Source: a virus (lineage: Duplodnaviria > Caudoviricetes). Taken from it: DNA of 54,966 nucleotides. Location of the stretch: positions 1-54,966 of the IMG/VR virus record IMGVR_UViG_3300014208_000051; one strand, given 5' to 3'. Position numbers and translations under genes: made by a program. Under the pieces are notes generated by a model. It did not search any database, was not told the DNA's origin, and saw only the letters and a program-made list of their open reading frames with translations. Positions 19,327 through 29,893 of the stretch are shown here, in pieces; position 1 is the first letter of the stretch; every line of letters begins with the position of its first letter.

Positions 19327-19622
19327 GAAAATTAGAATCAAAATGTAAGTATTTTGGTATTAATTATATATTACAAAAAGAAAGTTATACCAGCAAATGT
19401 TCATCATTAGATTTAGAAGTTATATTCCAACATAAAGAATATTTAGGTAAAAGAATTAATCAGGGAACATATGAAACCGGAAATGGTTATATTATAAATG
19501 CTGATGTTAACGGTGCGTGTAATATAATAAGAAAATATAAATGTAAATCTGATACCGATTTATCGGTTACAGATGTAAGCGGTGTCATAAACCACACAGT
19601 TAGGATTAATCCTACAAAATAA
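19327..19622 (+). pseudogene. tnpB: IS200/IS605-family TnpB C-terminal remnant
   Basis: in-frame ESYTSKCSSLD...GKR...G...INADVNGACNIIRK with no start codon. Confidence 0.8.
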
Positions 19623-19669
19623 AATATTTTTTAAGTCTTTGATTGTTTATGATAAAGTAATTATATATT

Positions 19670-20236
19670 ATGTCTCAAAAGTTATTATTAAAGATGGGTT
19701 ATTATTCAATATATTTGAATCAGGTAACAAAAAAATATGTTATTGATAGTGGTAAAACTATAAAATTGAAAGGATTAAATAAAATAGTAGTTAATACTAA
19801 CAGGGAAGTTAAAGAATTTGACGAATTGGAAGATGCTAAGTCCTATATCACTAAAAAGTTAGATAAAAGTAAAAAAAGGAAAGTAAAAATTCTAAAAAAA
19901 CTTCCAAAATCATTATATTTGATACTGATGAAAGAGGAAAGTACAGGAAATACCTTTGTAAAGGTCGGAATTACATCAAAAAAGTATATTTCACGACGTT
20001 TTTCTAAGGAATATGGATATGAGGGGTATGAAATAGAAAAAATATTAAGAAAGGTTGATACACCGTACGCTGAAAAGTATGAAAAACAGATAAAAGACGC
20101 GTTAAACAAAAAAGGGACGATAAACAAATATCGGCCCATTTTAGAACATTTTTCTGGTTACTCAGAATGTTATAATGTGTTGAGCATAAATGAAATAATA
20201 TCAATTTTCGATCAGATAGCCAAAATAACTCTTTAA
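19670..20236 (+). CDS. GIY-YIG/T5orf172-like nuclease
   Basis: LYLI...FVKVGIT...RRF...GYSEC. Confidence 0.7.
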   Translation: MSQKLLLKMGYYSIYLNQVTKKYVIDSGKTIKLKGLNKIVVNTNREVKEFDELEDAKSYITKKLDKSKKRKVKILKKLPKSLYLILMKEESTGNTFVKVGITSKKYISRRFSKEYGYEGYEIEKILRKVDTPYAEKYEKQIKDALNKKGTINKYRPILEHFSGYSECYNVLSINEIISIFDQIAKITL

Positions 20237-20344
20237 TTATTTTTTTACCTGTTTTGTTTTAAGTGATTTTTCTTTATTTTCTTCCGAAATTACATTATTT
20301 AGTAATTTTTTGACTTGTTCCTCAGTTAAGATAATGGTTTTCAT
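20237..20344 (-). CDS. 35-aa peptide with ILTEEQ motif
   Basis: MKTIILTEEQVKKLLNNVISEE...; below the ORF-track cutoff. Confidence 0.5.
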   Translation of the reverse strand: MKTIILTEEQVKKLLNNVISEENKEKSLKTKQVKK

Positions 20345-20346
20345 AA

Positions 20347-20640
20347 TTATTTTTCTTGACGTAATTCTTTATTTTCTCTTTCAAGAAATTCAACCCTAAC
20401 TTTAAGTTCAGATACCATTGATGTTAGTCTTAAAATTTCAGATCTCATTTCTTCTTTTTCATTTGAGCTTCTCTCAAGTAAAATTTCCATTTTTATGATG
20501 CGCTCTCTACAATCATCTTTTAAAAAATTCTCAGTACGTTCTCTGTTAAGTGCTCTTTTTTCGTAATATCTCCACGCGCTCGCCGAACCTAGTACGGTTA
20601 AGAGCGTAACTAAAACAGTATAAATAGTTGCTATATCCAT
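20347..20640 (-). CDS. single-TM coiled-coil protein (holin-like candidate)
   Basis: N-terminal TM segment plus heptad repeats. Confidence 0.65.
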   Translation of the reverse strand: MDIATIYTVLVTLLTVLGSASAWRYYEKRALNRERTENFLKDDCRERIIKMEILLERSSNEKEEMRSEILRLTSMVSELKVRVEFLERENKELRQEK

Positions 20641-20660
20641 ACCAAATAAATATAATAAAA

Positions 20661-21002
20661 TTACGTATTCACCTTAACAGATGATAGATTTTTTTTATCT
20701 GGTAATTGATTAATTTCATCAAAATTAATTATAATATCTTTAAGAATTGCCGAAAATTCGTAATTTTCGGACTCTTCGTTTTTCTTTTGAAGGACTATAA
20801 CAAAAGCCTTTATTTCGGTATCATTGATTAATGCCCTTGTTTTCAGACTTTTTATCATAATAATGAGTGTTGCTTTTTGAATTTTAATTCTATTTTCAAG
20901 GGGAATATTAAAATAATTCTTAATGTCAATTTCAGAAAAAATTGTTTTAGTTACGTTATCTAAAAAAGTAATAAAAGAAGGGTGATTCACATTGATGCTC
21001 AT
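20661..21002 (-). CDS. hypothetical protein with UVR-like motif
   Basis: EESENYEFSAILKD. Confidence 0.6.
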   Translation of the reverse strand: MSINVNHPSFITFLDNVTKTIFSEIDIKNYFNIPLENRIKIQKATLIIMIKSLKTRALINDTEIKAFVIVLQKKNEESENYEFSAILKDIIINFDEINQLPDKKNLSSVKVNT

Positions 21003-21029
21003 ATCTATTCGTTTTCTTATAAATATTAT

Positions 21030-21227
21030 TCAATTTTTATTATTTTCCATCCAGATCCTTTTTTCCGCAATCAATAATGTCTTTTATTTTTCATATAGTC
21101 TAAAGTTTCCATGAGTAATTTACCCTTTTTAATATCATAAAAATGATTATACATTTGGTATTTCTGACCTTTACCAACATAAAATGGTATGCCCGACACT
21201 AGATCATTCAAAGTGTAGACATACCAT
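21030..21227 (-). pseudogene. GIY-YIG homing endonuclease remnant
   Basis: WYVYTL...PFYVGKG followed by disrupted frame. Confidence 0.5.
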
Positions 21228-21251
21228 ATTTATAGATATGGTAAATAAAAA

Positions 21252-21629
21252 TTACTTACCCCATTTTCCTCTACTAACAATTTGTGCAATAATACCGTAA
21301 ACGGACAAATCGGAATATGTATCTTGAATTGTTTCACCTACATAATCTTTTTTCGATAAAAGGACAAGTTGTTTTAAACGATTAATTTTATCATTCTGCC
21401 TGAACCAAATTCCAGTTAATGATAATGTAATTTCTTCAGGTGTTGATAATTTTGTCCCTACGGATATATTTTCAGGCCCGTAATTGTTTTGTTTAGCGCA
21501 AAACAACTCATATTGTTCACGCATAATTTTCTTGAACTCCTTTGTAGTTTCAGGATACCTATCCTCACATTCCTTAACGGCTGGGGATACTGTGTTTTTT
21601 TCTTCTGCCATAATATTACCTTTTTTCAA
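21252..21629 (-). CDS. DUF1599 (nucleotide-modification-associated) protein
   Basis: KQNNYG...RQNDKINRL...ETIQDTYSDLSVYGII. Confidence 0.8.
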   Translation of the reverse strand: MKKGNIMAEEKNTVSPAVKECEDRYPETTKEFKKIMREQYELFCAKQNNYGPENISVGTKLSTPEEITLSLTGIWFRQNDKINRLKQLVLLSKKDYVGETIQDTYSDLSVYGIIAQIVSRGKWGK

Positions 21630-21683
21630 AAGATAAAGAAAAAAACAGTAAAAACCAAATATTTATAAAGAAATATATATACT

Positions 21684-21929
21684 ATGTCATCAGATGCATA
21701 TAAAAAACTAGAAAAAGATAATAAAGCTGGTAGTGAAATGCCAAAGCATAAACAGCTAATCCAAATGTTATCATTTAGGGTAGTTCCTGCTTATTATAAG
21801 GAAATTGAAAAGGTTGCCAACCATAAGAAAGTAACCGTATCGAAATTAATCCGTGCATATATTAAAGAAGGTATGAAACGTGATAAAGAAATTACCAATC
21901 AAGAAGGTGATACCTTTAGAATAGAATAA
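21684..21929 (+). CDS. ribbon-helix-helix-like DNA-binding protein
   Basis: LSFRV...IEKVA...TVSKLIR. Confidence 0.6.
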   Translation: MSSDAYKKLEKDNKAGSEMPKHKQLIQMLSFRVVPAYYKEIEKVANHKKVTVSKLIRAYIKEGMKRDKEITNQEGDTFRIE

Positions 21930-21969
21930 AACTCTTTACATTTTTCTTATAAACCCTTACATTTTGTTC

Positions 21970-22278
21970 ATGAACAAAATTTACTTAATTAAGTCATTAA
22001 ATGAAGGGGTTTATAAGATCGGTGTATCAAAAAATCCAAACAAACGTTTATCGGAGTTACAAACTGGAAATCCTTATCCCATAGAAATTTTATATCTATA
22101 TGAATCAAATATGGCGTATAAAATTGAATCCGTTTTACACAATCGTTATTCCCACTTTAACACTCAATTAGAATGGTTTGAGCTTTCCATAAAAGAGGAG
22201 GTATCTTTCCTTGAAACCTGTGCAAGTATTGAAAATATGTTAGTCGAATTAAAAAATTCGGGAAATCCCTTCATTTAG
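21970..22278 (+). CDS. T5orf172/GIY-YIG domain protein
   Basis: IYLI...YKIGVS.NP.KRL.ELQTGNP...EWF. Confidence 0.85.
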   Translation: MNKIYLIKSLNEGVYKIGVSKNPNKRLSELQTGNPYPIEILYLYESNMAYKIESVLHNRYSHFNTQLEWFELSIKEEVSFLETCASIENMLVELKNSGNPFI

Positions 22279-22369
22279 CTTTATTTTTTTATTCAAATTG
22301 CCTATATTTATTTTAACTACAAATAGATACCTCGAATATGAAAAAGTTGACAGAAAATACCGTTGGATA

Positions 22370-22470
22370 ATGGTAAAACTGAAGATGAAATTTACAAATT
22401 ATGTCATTATACAAATTTACAACCTATGTGGTGGAATGAAAATTTATCAAAAAGTAATAAACAATAAATA
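22370..22470 (+). pseudogene. HNH (endonuclease VII-like) remnant
   Basis: EIYKLCHYTNLQPMWWNENLSKSNK fragment. Confidence 0.55.
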
Positions 22471-22481
22471 AAATCTTAAAA

Positions 22482-23732
22482 ATGAAAAATGAAACTGTAT
22501 TTATACAATTGGCGTCCTATCGTGACCCCGAATTACTACCAACATTAAGGGATTGTATTTCCAAAGCAAAATATCCTGAAAATTTAGTATTTTCTATTTC
22601 GTGGCAACATTCAAAAGATGATGCTTGGGATAATCTTGATGAATTTAAAGACGATCCACGATTTAAAATTATTGATATTGATTACCTTGATTCAAGAGGA
22701 GCTTGTTGGGCAAGAAATCTATTACAATTAAACTATGACAATGAGGAATATACATTACAATTAGATTCACATCATAGATTTGTTGAAAATTGGGATGAAG
22801 AGTGTATCGGTATGATTAAACAATTACAAAAAAAAGGGTATAAAAAACCTTTATTAACTGGTTATATTCCATCATATGATCCATCCAATGATCCTGGGGC
22901 TAGAATTAATACACCTTGGAAAATGATATTTGATAGATTTATTCCTGAAGGAGCAATTTTCTTCTTACCTGCATCGATTGATAATTATCTTGAATTAACA
23001 GAACCTATACCATCAAGATTTTATTCGGCGCATTTTTGTTTCACATTAGGACAATTCGTTAGAGAAGTTCCCCACGATCCTGATTATTATTTTCATGGTG
23101 AAGAAATTTCAATTGCTGTTAGAGCATTTACAAATGGATATGATTTGTTTCATACGCATAAAGTAGTTGCATGGCATGAGTATACAAGACGTGGTAGAAC
23201 TAAACAATGGGATGATGACCCAAAATGGGTTGAAAAAAACAATTTCTGTCATAGAAGAAATAGACAACTATTTGGAATGGATGGGGAAATTAAAAACAGT
23301 AGTTTTGGTAAATACGATCTTGGGAGTGAAAGAACTTTAAGGGAATATGAAAAATATGCAGGTATTTCATTTTCAAAACGAGGTGTAACCCAATATACTT
23401 TAGATAATAATTTACCTCAAAAATTTATAATGTCAGATGAAGAATTTGATAATTCAATTATGAGTATATTCAAACATTGTATAGATATTTATCCACATCA
23501 AGTTCCATTGAATGATTATAAATTTTGGGTAGTTGCGTTTGAAAATAAAAATGGTGAAACAATATATAGACAAGATGCAGACATTAATGAAATTAATCGT
23601 ATGAAACAAGATATTGATGGATATTCTAAAGTTTGGAGAACATTTAATATTACGGAAAAACCTACAAAATGGATTGTTTGGCCATATTCTATTAACAAAG
23701 GTTGGTGTGATAAAATTGAAGGAACAATATAA
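22482..23732 (+). CDS. GT60/Skp1-type GlcNAc transferase-like glycosyltransferase
   Basis: IFIQLASYRDPE, GACWAR, LQLDSHHRF, FHGEE motifs. Confidence 0.85.
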   Translation: MKNETVFIQLASYRDPELLPTLRDCISKAKYPENLVFSISWQHSKDDAWDNLDEFKDDPRFKIIDIDYLDSRGACWARNLLQLNYDNEEYTLQLDSHHRFVENWDEECIGMIKQLQKKGYKKPLLTGYIPSYDPSNDPGARINTPWKMIFDRFIPEGAIFFLPASIDNYLELTEPIPSRFYSAHFCFTLGQFVREVPHDPDYYFHGEEISIAVRAFTNGYDLFHTHKVVAWHEYTRRGRTKQWDDDPKWVEKNNFCHRRNRQLFGMDGEIKNSSFGKYDLGSERTLREYEKYAGISFSKRGVTQYTLDNNLPQKFIMSDEEFDNSIMSIFKHCIDIYPHQVPLNDYKFWVVAFENKNGETIYRQDADINEINRMKQDIDGYSKVWRTFNITEKPTKWIVWPYSINKGWCDKIEGTI

Positions 23733-23747
23733 TTATAAATAAAAGTT

Positions 23748-25061
23748 ATGGGTAATAAAATTGTGTTGTGTCAGTATTGGACGGATAATTTAAGTTATGG
23801 GGACTATACATTTGGAATTAATGAAAAATATTGTAATAACAATGGTTACATTTATCATGTGGAAACCAATACGGAAAAAATAATTAAAGGTGTAGGTGAT
23901 AGAGCATTTACATGGTATAAGCCAAAATTAATTATTGAAGTTTTAGAAAAGTATAATCCGGATTACATTTTATTTTTAGACGCGGACGCAATTGTTTGCG
24001 ACTTCTCTCGTAAAATAGAAGAGTTCATAGATGAAACTTTCGATATAATTTGTAATCAAGATTATGGACCCAGTAAATTAAATGCTGGGGTTTTTATTAT
24101 GAAAAATAATGATTGGGTCAAAAATTTCATACAACAATGGTGGAATATTTGTGAAGAGCCCGAATATATTTTTTATAAAAATGCGTTATGGCATGATCAG
24201 ACATGTTTTGGTATTCTAATGGATCGAACAGAAAACATAGATTTACATATTAAAATTCAAAGAGATAATGTGTTGAACAACATTTATTTTAAAAATCCAA
24301 TAGATAAAAATTTTATTTTTCATGCATTTGCGTATGGTAATATAAAAAATAGAACTATTGATAACGCATATTATACATTATTAGGTTTAAAAAAACCTAT
24401 AAAGTTCAAATTATCTGAAATTGCTGATTTTTATTCTACCGATAAAAATTATGAGCATAATTATGTAAAATTATTATATAGCGATTTGTTATATCCATTA
24501 AGGGAAACATTAAAAACTTTTATTGAAATTGGTGTTGCAAATGGCAATTCTGTTGAAATGTGGAGGGATTATTTTATTAATGGAACTATTGTTGGTGCGG
24601 ATATTGCATTAGATATTCCTAAAAATTATTTCGATAATATTGGTAGTGATAGAATAAACTTACTTAATTTAAATCAATCGAGCGAAGCTGAACTTGATGA
24701 TTTTTCCTCTTTATATTCAAACGTAGATGTTATTCTAGATGATGGTTCACATAAAATGTATGATCAACAAAAAACTTTAGCAAAACTTTTTAAAATATTA
24801 AAATCGGGTGGAATATATATTCTTGAAGATTTACATACAAGTATTGAAGTTCATATGCCAGAAAAGGCTATATTCGGTTGGGGTGATCCTAATAAAATTG
24901 ATACATTAACAATGTTAGAGAATTTCGAAAAAAATAGTATTATAAAATCTGATTATATGACAGAAGATGAAATTAGATATTTAAATGAAAATATACAATC
25001 AGTTAAAGTTCATAGAATGAGACCAGATTGGAGTATAGCTAGTGTAATAATAAAGAAATAA
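23748..25061 (+). CDS. GT34-like glycosyltransferase fused to class I SAM methyltransferase
   Basis: FLDADA, LNAGVF, WHDQ; then IEIGV, ILDDGSH, YILEDL. Confidence 0.8.
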   Translation: MGNKIVLCQYWTDNLSYGDYTFGINEKYCNNNGYIYHVETNTEKIIKGVGDRAFTWYKPKLIIEVLEKYNPDYILFLDADAIVCDFSRKIEEFIDETFDIICNQDYGPSKLNAGVFIMKNNDWVKNFIQQWWNICEEPEYIFYKNALWHDQTCFGILMDRTENIDLHIKIQRDNVLNNIYFKNPIDKNFIFHAFAYGNIKNRTIDNAYYTLLGLKKPIKFKLSEIADFYSTDKNYEHNYVKLLYSDLLYPLRETLKTFIEIGVANGNSVEMWRDYFINGTIVGADIALDIPKNYFDNIGSDRINLLNLNQSSEAELDDFSSLYSNVDVILDDGSHKMYDQQKTLAKLFKILKSGGIYILEDLHTSIEVHMPEKAIFGWGDPNKIDTLTMLENFEKNSIIKSDYMTEDEIRYLNENIQSVKVHRMRPDWSIASVIIKK

Positions 25062-25063
25062 AT

Positions 25064-26032
25064 ATGATAGGAATTGTATATCATAACTTCTTAACGGGGA
25101 ATTGGAAAACAATTGTAACGGAACAACTGAAACGTCTTAAAGATTCAGGATTATATGATAGTTGTGACATTATGTGGGCAACCGTAAATTTAAACCAACA
25201 TAAAGAAGATGAATATAAAGAACATGTGAAGGAATATGATAAAATTCAATTTGACTTTCAAGTTAATAACGGAGCAGAATATCCTGGTATAAAAAAAGTT
25301 AAAGAATTGGGTAATACATATGATGACATTAAAATTTTTTATTTTCATACAAAAGGTGTTAGTAACGACTGGACTGAATGGGAAAATAAAGAAAGAAATG
25401 AAGAAAAAGTGCGAAACGTAAGTGCTTGGAGAGAATGTTTAGAGTATTTTTTAATTGATAGATGGAAAGAATCATTGGAAAAATTAGATGAATATGATAA
25501 TGTAGGTGTTACTTGTAACGGTGGTTGGTATTGGGGAAATTTCTGGTGGTCACAATCAAAACATATTAAAAAATGTAGAGAAGTTGATTATTGGAGTAGA
25601 TGGGCATATGAAGCTTGGCTAAACGATTATGTTTCAGGACAAAAAAACTTTGAGTGGTATAAATTCACTTATAATCCTTATCTTGGGGAAATAGTTACTG
25701 ATTGGTATAAAAATCCCGAAAAATTTAAAAATTCTAAGATAATTTTACATAAAGCATTATATGGAACGTCACGATTTGCAATTGATGAAGGATATGGAAA
25801 TATCCCGCTGGGACAATTAGTTGATGTTACAGATAAAGTTAATGAATTATTATCAAGAAATAATTATGAAAAATTTGATTTATATTTAAATCATATTAGT
25901 TTGGGTATTGAGGACCCAGTTCCAGGGTTTAGAAAAGTGGCATATATTGACTTTTCATTAGATATTGACCCTAATAGAATTTATAATATTGGGGTTCATG
26001 AGGGTGGATCGATTGAGTTAAACTTTAATTAA
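25064..26032 (+). CDS. putative glycosyltransferase
   Basis: FYFHTKGV and GNFWW motifs, operonic with GT genes. Confidence 0.65.
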   Translation: MIGIVYHNFLTGNWKTIVTEQLKRLKDSGLYDSCDIMWATVNLNQHKEDEYKEHVKEYDKIQFDFQVNNGAEYPGIKKVKELGNTYDDIKIFYFHTKGVSNDWTEWENKERNEEKVRNVSAWRECLEYFLIDRWKESLEKLDEYDNVGVTCNGGWYWGNFWWSQSKHIKKCREVDYWSRWAYEAWLNDYVSGQKNFEWYKFTYNPYLGEIVTDWYKNPEKFKNSKIILHKALYGTSRFAIDEGYGNIPLGQLVDVTDKVNELLSRNNYEKFDLYLNHISLGIEDPVPGFRKVAYIDFSLDIDPNRIYNIGVHEGGSIELNFN

Positions 26033-26033
26033 T

Positions 26034-28424
26034 ATGAATGAATATACTGAACGTATAAAAAAATGGGATAAACTTTCTAGAATACATGCACAAGGAAGTG
26101 TATTCGAAATAGTGAGATTATTAGAAAATAAAAAAAAATTAACGATAATAGATGTTGGCGCAAATAGCGGAACTTTATTTGATATGCTTTGTGAGAAACT
26201 TGATATTGATAAAGCAATTTTGTTTGAACCACAACCATTATTATTTGAATATATTAAGAAAAAATATGAAAATAATGATAAAATTATTGTTGAAAACTTA
26301 GCGTTATCTGATTGTATTAAGAAGTTTAATCTAAATGATGTTGCACTTCAATATGAACTTGAACATTATGATGAAAATAATAAGGGTTACAATTTAGGAT
26401 TAACTTCAATTAATTGTAACGAAAACGGCATTTCTGAAACTACTTCATTTGACTTAATTAGAAAAAAATATAATTTAGATAAAATTGATCTAATAAAAAT
26501 TGATACCGAAACCGAAGATTTATTAGTTCTAAAAGGATTTACAGAAACAGTTAGGGAGTTGATAAATAAACCATTAATAACTTTTGAGTGTAATTGGTGG
26601 GCTAATTATACTTATGACGAGTCTAATAAAATTTTAAATGATTTTTGTAAAATTAATGGTTATGATAATAATATAAATTTAAATGTGAGAGGTGATTTTT
26701 ACATTCATCCTCCAAAGATAAAAAATATGACAAACATTAATAACAAAAACCTAACAATGGTTACAGGCTTATGGGATATGGGCAGAGGAAACATGAAAGG
26801 TTGGGGTAAACGGGATTTTCAGCAATATAAAGACAGATTTTTTGATCTTTTACAGACAGATGTTAATATGGCGATATGGATTCCAAGAGATTTGGAAGAT
26901 GAAGTATGGAAAATACGAAAAAAAGAAAATACTGTCATTTATAATAAAGAAATTATCGATTTTAAAACATGGTTCAATTTTTATGATGAAGTACAAAAAA
27001 TAAGAACCAATGAAAATTGGAGAAATTTTGCTGGATGGCTACCAGAATCACCTCAAGCGGAATTAGAATTTTATAATCCAATGATGATGTCTAAAATGTT
27101 TTTGTTAAATGACACATCAATTTACAATCCATTTAATACAGAATATTTTTATTGGATTGACGGTGGATTAACTTCAACAGTTCCAACTAGTTATTTTACA
27201 AATGAAAAAGTTTTAGATAATCTTGTTTATTATACAGAATTATATGATAAGTTTATTCATATTACCTATCCTTATACATCGAATGATGAAATACATGGGT
27301 TTGAGAGGAAAAAAATGTCTCAATATTGTGGCGTTGACTTTGTAGATTATGTTGCAAGAGGTGGTTTTTTTGGGGGTAAAAAGACTATTTTAAATGAAGT
27401 TAACGCATTGTATTATAATATCCTTGAAAAGACTTTAAAGGATGGATATATGGGCGCTGATGAGTGTCTATTTACAATTATGTGTCATCGTTATCCTAAT
27501 TTAATTCATCGATTTGAAGTTGATGGAAATGGTTTAGTTTGGCCATTCTTTGAAAATTTATCGAAAATTAAAGAAGAAATTAAGTTAAATGTACAAGGAA
27601 AGAAACCTTTTAGTGCCATTAAAACGTCATTATATGTAATTACATATAACTCACCTATACAATTTGAAAAACTTTTAGAATCATTTGAACAGGCAGATAG
27701 AGATTTCATAGATGTTCCCAGAAAAATTCTTTTAAATAATTCAACTGACAGAACAACAGATGACGAATATCGTAAATTATGTGAAAAATATAATTTCGAG
27801 GAAATAAAGAAAGATAATATTGGAATATGTGGCGGAAGACAATTAGTTGCTGAACATTTTGATGAATCTGATTCTGATTATTATATTTTCTTTGAGGATG
27901 ATATGAATTTATATACAAAATCAGGGGATTTATGTGGTATGGGGTTTCCTAGATATATTAATAATTTGTTCAAAAGAACGTTAAACATTATTCATAATGA
28001 GCAATATGATTATTTAAAATTATCATTTAGTGAATTTTTTGGCGATAATTCAGTACAATGGGCTTGGTATAATATTCCACAATCAGTTAGAGAAGAATTT
28101 TTTCCTGATAAAAAGAATTTACCAATTAGAGGCACCGATCCTAATGCGCCAAAAACATTATTTAAATACATTAAAAGATCAAATGATATAACTTATATAG
28201 AGGGAAATGTACATTATGACAATTGGCCATTGTGGTTCACAAGACAAGGTAATAAAAAAGTGTTTATTGATACAAAATGGGGAAGACCTTATGAACAAAC
28301 TTGGATGAGCCACGTATTTCAAGAACAAATGAAAAGAAATATTAATAGTGCCGTTTTACTAATGTCACCAATTAATCATCATAGATTTGATTTTTATCCT
28401 GGTAACGAGAGAAGAGAAAATTAA
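26034..28424 (+). CDS. FkbM-type methyltransferase - HtrL/YibB-like - GT-A fusion protein
   Basis: IDVGANSG...KIDTE; VTGLWD...YWIDGG...GGFFGG; FFEDD. Confidence 0.8.
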   Translation: MNEYTERIKKWDKLSRIHAQGSVFEIVRLLENKKKLTIIDVGANSGTLFDMLCEKLDIDKAILFEPQPLLFEYIKKKYENNDKIIVENLALSDCIKKFNLNDVALQYELEHYDENNKGYNLGLTSINCNENGISETTSFDLIRKKYNLDKIDLIKIDTETEDLLVLKGFTETVRELINKPLITFECNWWANYTYDESNKILNDFCKINGYDNNINLNVRGDFYIHPPKIKNMTNINNKNLTMVTGLWDMGRGNMKGWGKRDFQQYKDRFFDLLQTDVNMAIWIPRDLEDEVWKIRKKENTVIYNKEIIDFKTWFNFYDEVQKIRTNENWRNFAGWLPESPQAELEFYNPMMMSKMFLLNDTSIYNPFNTEYFYWIDGGLTSTVPTSYFTNEKVLDNLVYYTELYDKFIHITYPYTSNDEIHGFERKKMSQYCGVDFVDYVARGGFFGGKKTILNEVNALYYNILEKTLKDGYMGADECLFTIMCHRYPNLIHRFEVDGNGLVWPFFENLSKIKEEIKLNVQGKKPFSAIKTSLYVITYNSPIQFEKLLESFEQADRDFIDVPRKILLNNSTDRTTDDEYRKLCEKYNFEEIKKDNIGICGGRQLVAEHFDESDSDYYIFFEDDMNLYTKSGDLCGMGFPRYINNLFKRTLNIIHNEQYDYLKLSFSEFFGDNSVQWAWYNIPQSVREEFFPDKKNLPIRGTDPNAPKTLFKYIKRSNDITYIEGNVHYDNWPLWFTRQGNKKVFIDTKWGRPYEQTWMSHVFQEQMKRNINSAVLLMSPINHHRFDFYPGNERREN

Positions 28425-28453
28425 ACAAGAAACCTCCAATTAAGGAGGTTTTT

Positions 28454-28609
28454 TTACTTTTTCTTTTCTTCTTCTTTCTTTTCGATAGGTTTTAGTCCTT
28501 GTAAACCCTTTTTAGTTTCCTTCATTTTGTCAAAAAATTCTTTAGTGGCTTTGTCATGCTGCTCACGTATTTTTGACTTTTCTTCTTCTGACATTCCAAA
28601 TACTGACAT
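28454..28609 (-). CDS. 51-aa charged peptide
   Basis: MSVFGMSEEEKSKIREQH...; followed by terminator hairpin. Confidence 0.5.
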   Translation of the reverse strand: MSVFGMSEEEKSKIREQHDKATKEFFDKMKETKKGLQGLKPIEKKEEEKKK

Positions 28610-28612
28610 AAT

Positions 28613-28906
28613 CTAATTTATTTTATAATCGTTTATTATTTTAATGGCTTCTTCCCTTTTCAACTTTAATTTACAACACTTTTCATATTCTTCCGTTAAT
28701 TCAAACTTTTTTATAGTTTCCCCAATTACTTCGATATATACACATAAATCGTTATCATAACCATGAATAGTGTTATTCATAAAATACGAAAATAAAATTT
28801 CATAGTCAAGAAATAATAAATAATCGTAAATCATTCTAAGTTCATCGTCATTATAATTCTCTTGTTTAAGAATTAACATAGATTGTAAAATAAAATTTAT
28901 GTTCAT
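28613..28906 (-). CDS. hypothetical protein with UVR-like motif
   Basis: FELTEEYEKCCKL. Confidence 0.6.
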   Translation of the reverse strand: MNINFILQSMLILKQENYNDDELRMIYDYLLFLDYEILFSYFMNNTIHGYDNDLCVYIEVIGETIKKFELTEEYEKCCKLKLKREEAIKIINDYKIN

Positions 28907-28990
28907 CTCTTTGATATAATTATAAATATATAACTATAAATATATTACAAACATTCAGATTTTTGGAATTTTTTCTTATAATTATTGAAT

Positions 28991-29230
28991 ATGAAACTAA
29001 TAAATTATTATTATGATGATATCAATCGATTTTTATCAATTGATTTTTCTCTAAATGAAGATGGGGACGACTTTTATAGATCATTAGAAATGGAGATTGA
29101 AGACATAATTTATTACTCTCCAGATATTATCGATGATAGTGACTTATCTGACATTGATAAATCTTTTGTAAGAGATGTATTAAATGAGTATTTAAAAGAT
29201 AATGAACCGCCAGAACAATTACTTTTATAA
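28991..29230 (+). CDS. acidic hypothetical protein
   Basis: ORF track. Confidence 0.6.
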   Translation: MKLINYYYDDINRFLSIDFSLNEDGDDFYRSLEMEIEDIIYYSPDIIDDSDLSDIDKSFVRDVLNEYLKDNEPPEQLLL

Positions 29231-29241
29231 TATTTATATGT

Positions 29242-29607
29242 ATGACATTAACTGATGAAAATAAAAATAAATTAAACGAGTTTGTCAAATTCGTTAAGGA
29301 AGAATTAGGTATAAAAAAAATGCCTGAAATCCGTATCCAATACAATAGAAACGAAATTAAAACAACCGCTAATTACAACTACAATTTACCTGAAAAAGTT
29401 ATTAAAATATATGGTAAAGGTAGGGCATTGGTTGATATAATGAGAAGTTTGGGACATGAATTAAATCACCATAAACAATATGAGCAAGGTAGGTTGAAAA
29501 TTAAGCCGCCAGATATTGGAGGTGAAATTGAGGATGAAAGTAATGCTGTCGCCGGACAATTAATAAAAAAATTTGCAAAAATAAATGATTCAATATATGA
29601 CGACTAA
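29242..29607 (+). CDS. zincin-like metallopeptidase domain protein
   Basis: HELNHHKQ (HExxH) plus downstream EDESN. Confidence 0.75.
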   Translation: MTLTDENKNKLNEFVKFVKEELGIKKMPEIRIQYNRNEIKTTANYNYNLPEKVIKIYGKGRALVDIMRSLGHELNHHKQYEQGRLKIKPPDIGGEIEDESNAVAGQLIKKFAKINDSIYDD

Positions 29608-29625
29608 TGTTTATATTTATATATT

Positions 29626-29892
29626 ATGAAAATACAAGTTACCGAAGAACAAATGAAACATATTCTTTCTGATATTGAAAATGAAATTGAAGAACAATCA
29701 GAAAGTGAGCCCGTTGAACCTGAACCAGAATCAGGAACTTCAGACACACAATCTGGAGCTGAAGGATATCCGGAAGTTGGTAAATGGGAAAGTGGAGTTG
29801 AACGAGGTCCGGCAAATCAAATAGGTGTCACTAAATGGTCAGATGTTGTTGGCTCAACATTGACAAGAGGGAAAGCAAATCAATTAAAATAA
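29626..29892 (+). CDS. hypothetical protein (VTEEQ motif)
   Basis: 88 aa, TATTTATA upstream. Confidence 0.7.
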   Translation: MKIQVTEEQMKHILSDIENEIEEQSESEPVEPEPESGTSDTQSGAEGYPEVGKWESGVERGPANQIGVTKWSDVVGSTLTRGKANQLK

Positions 29893-29893
29893 C

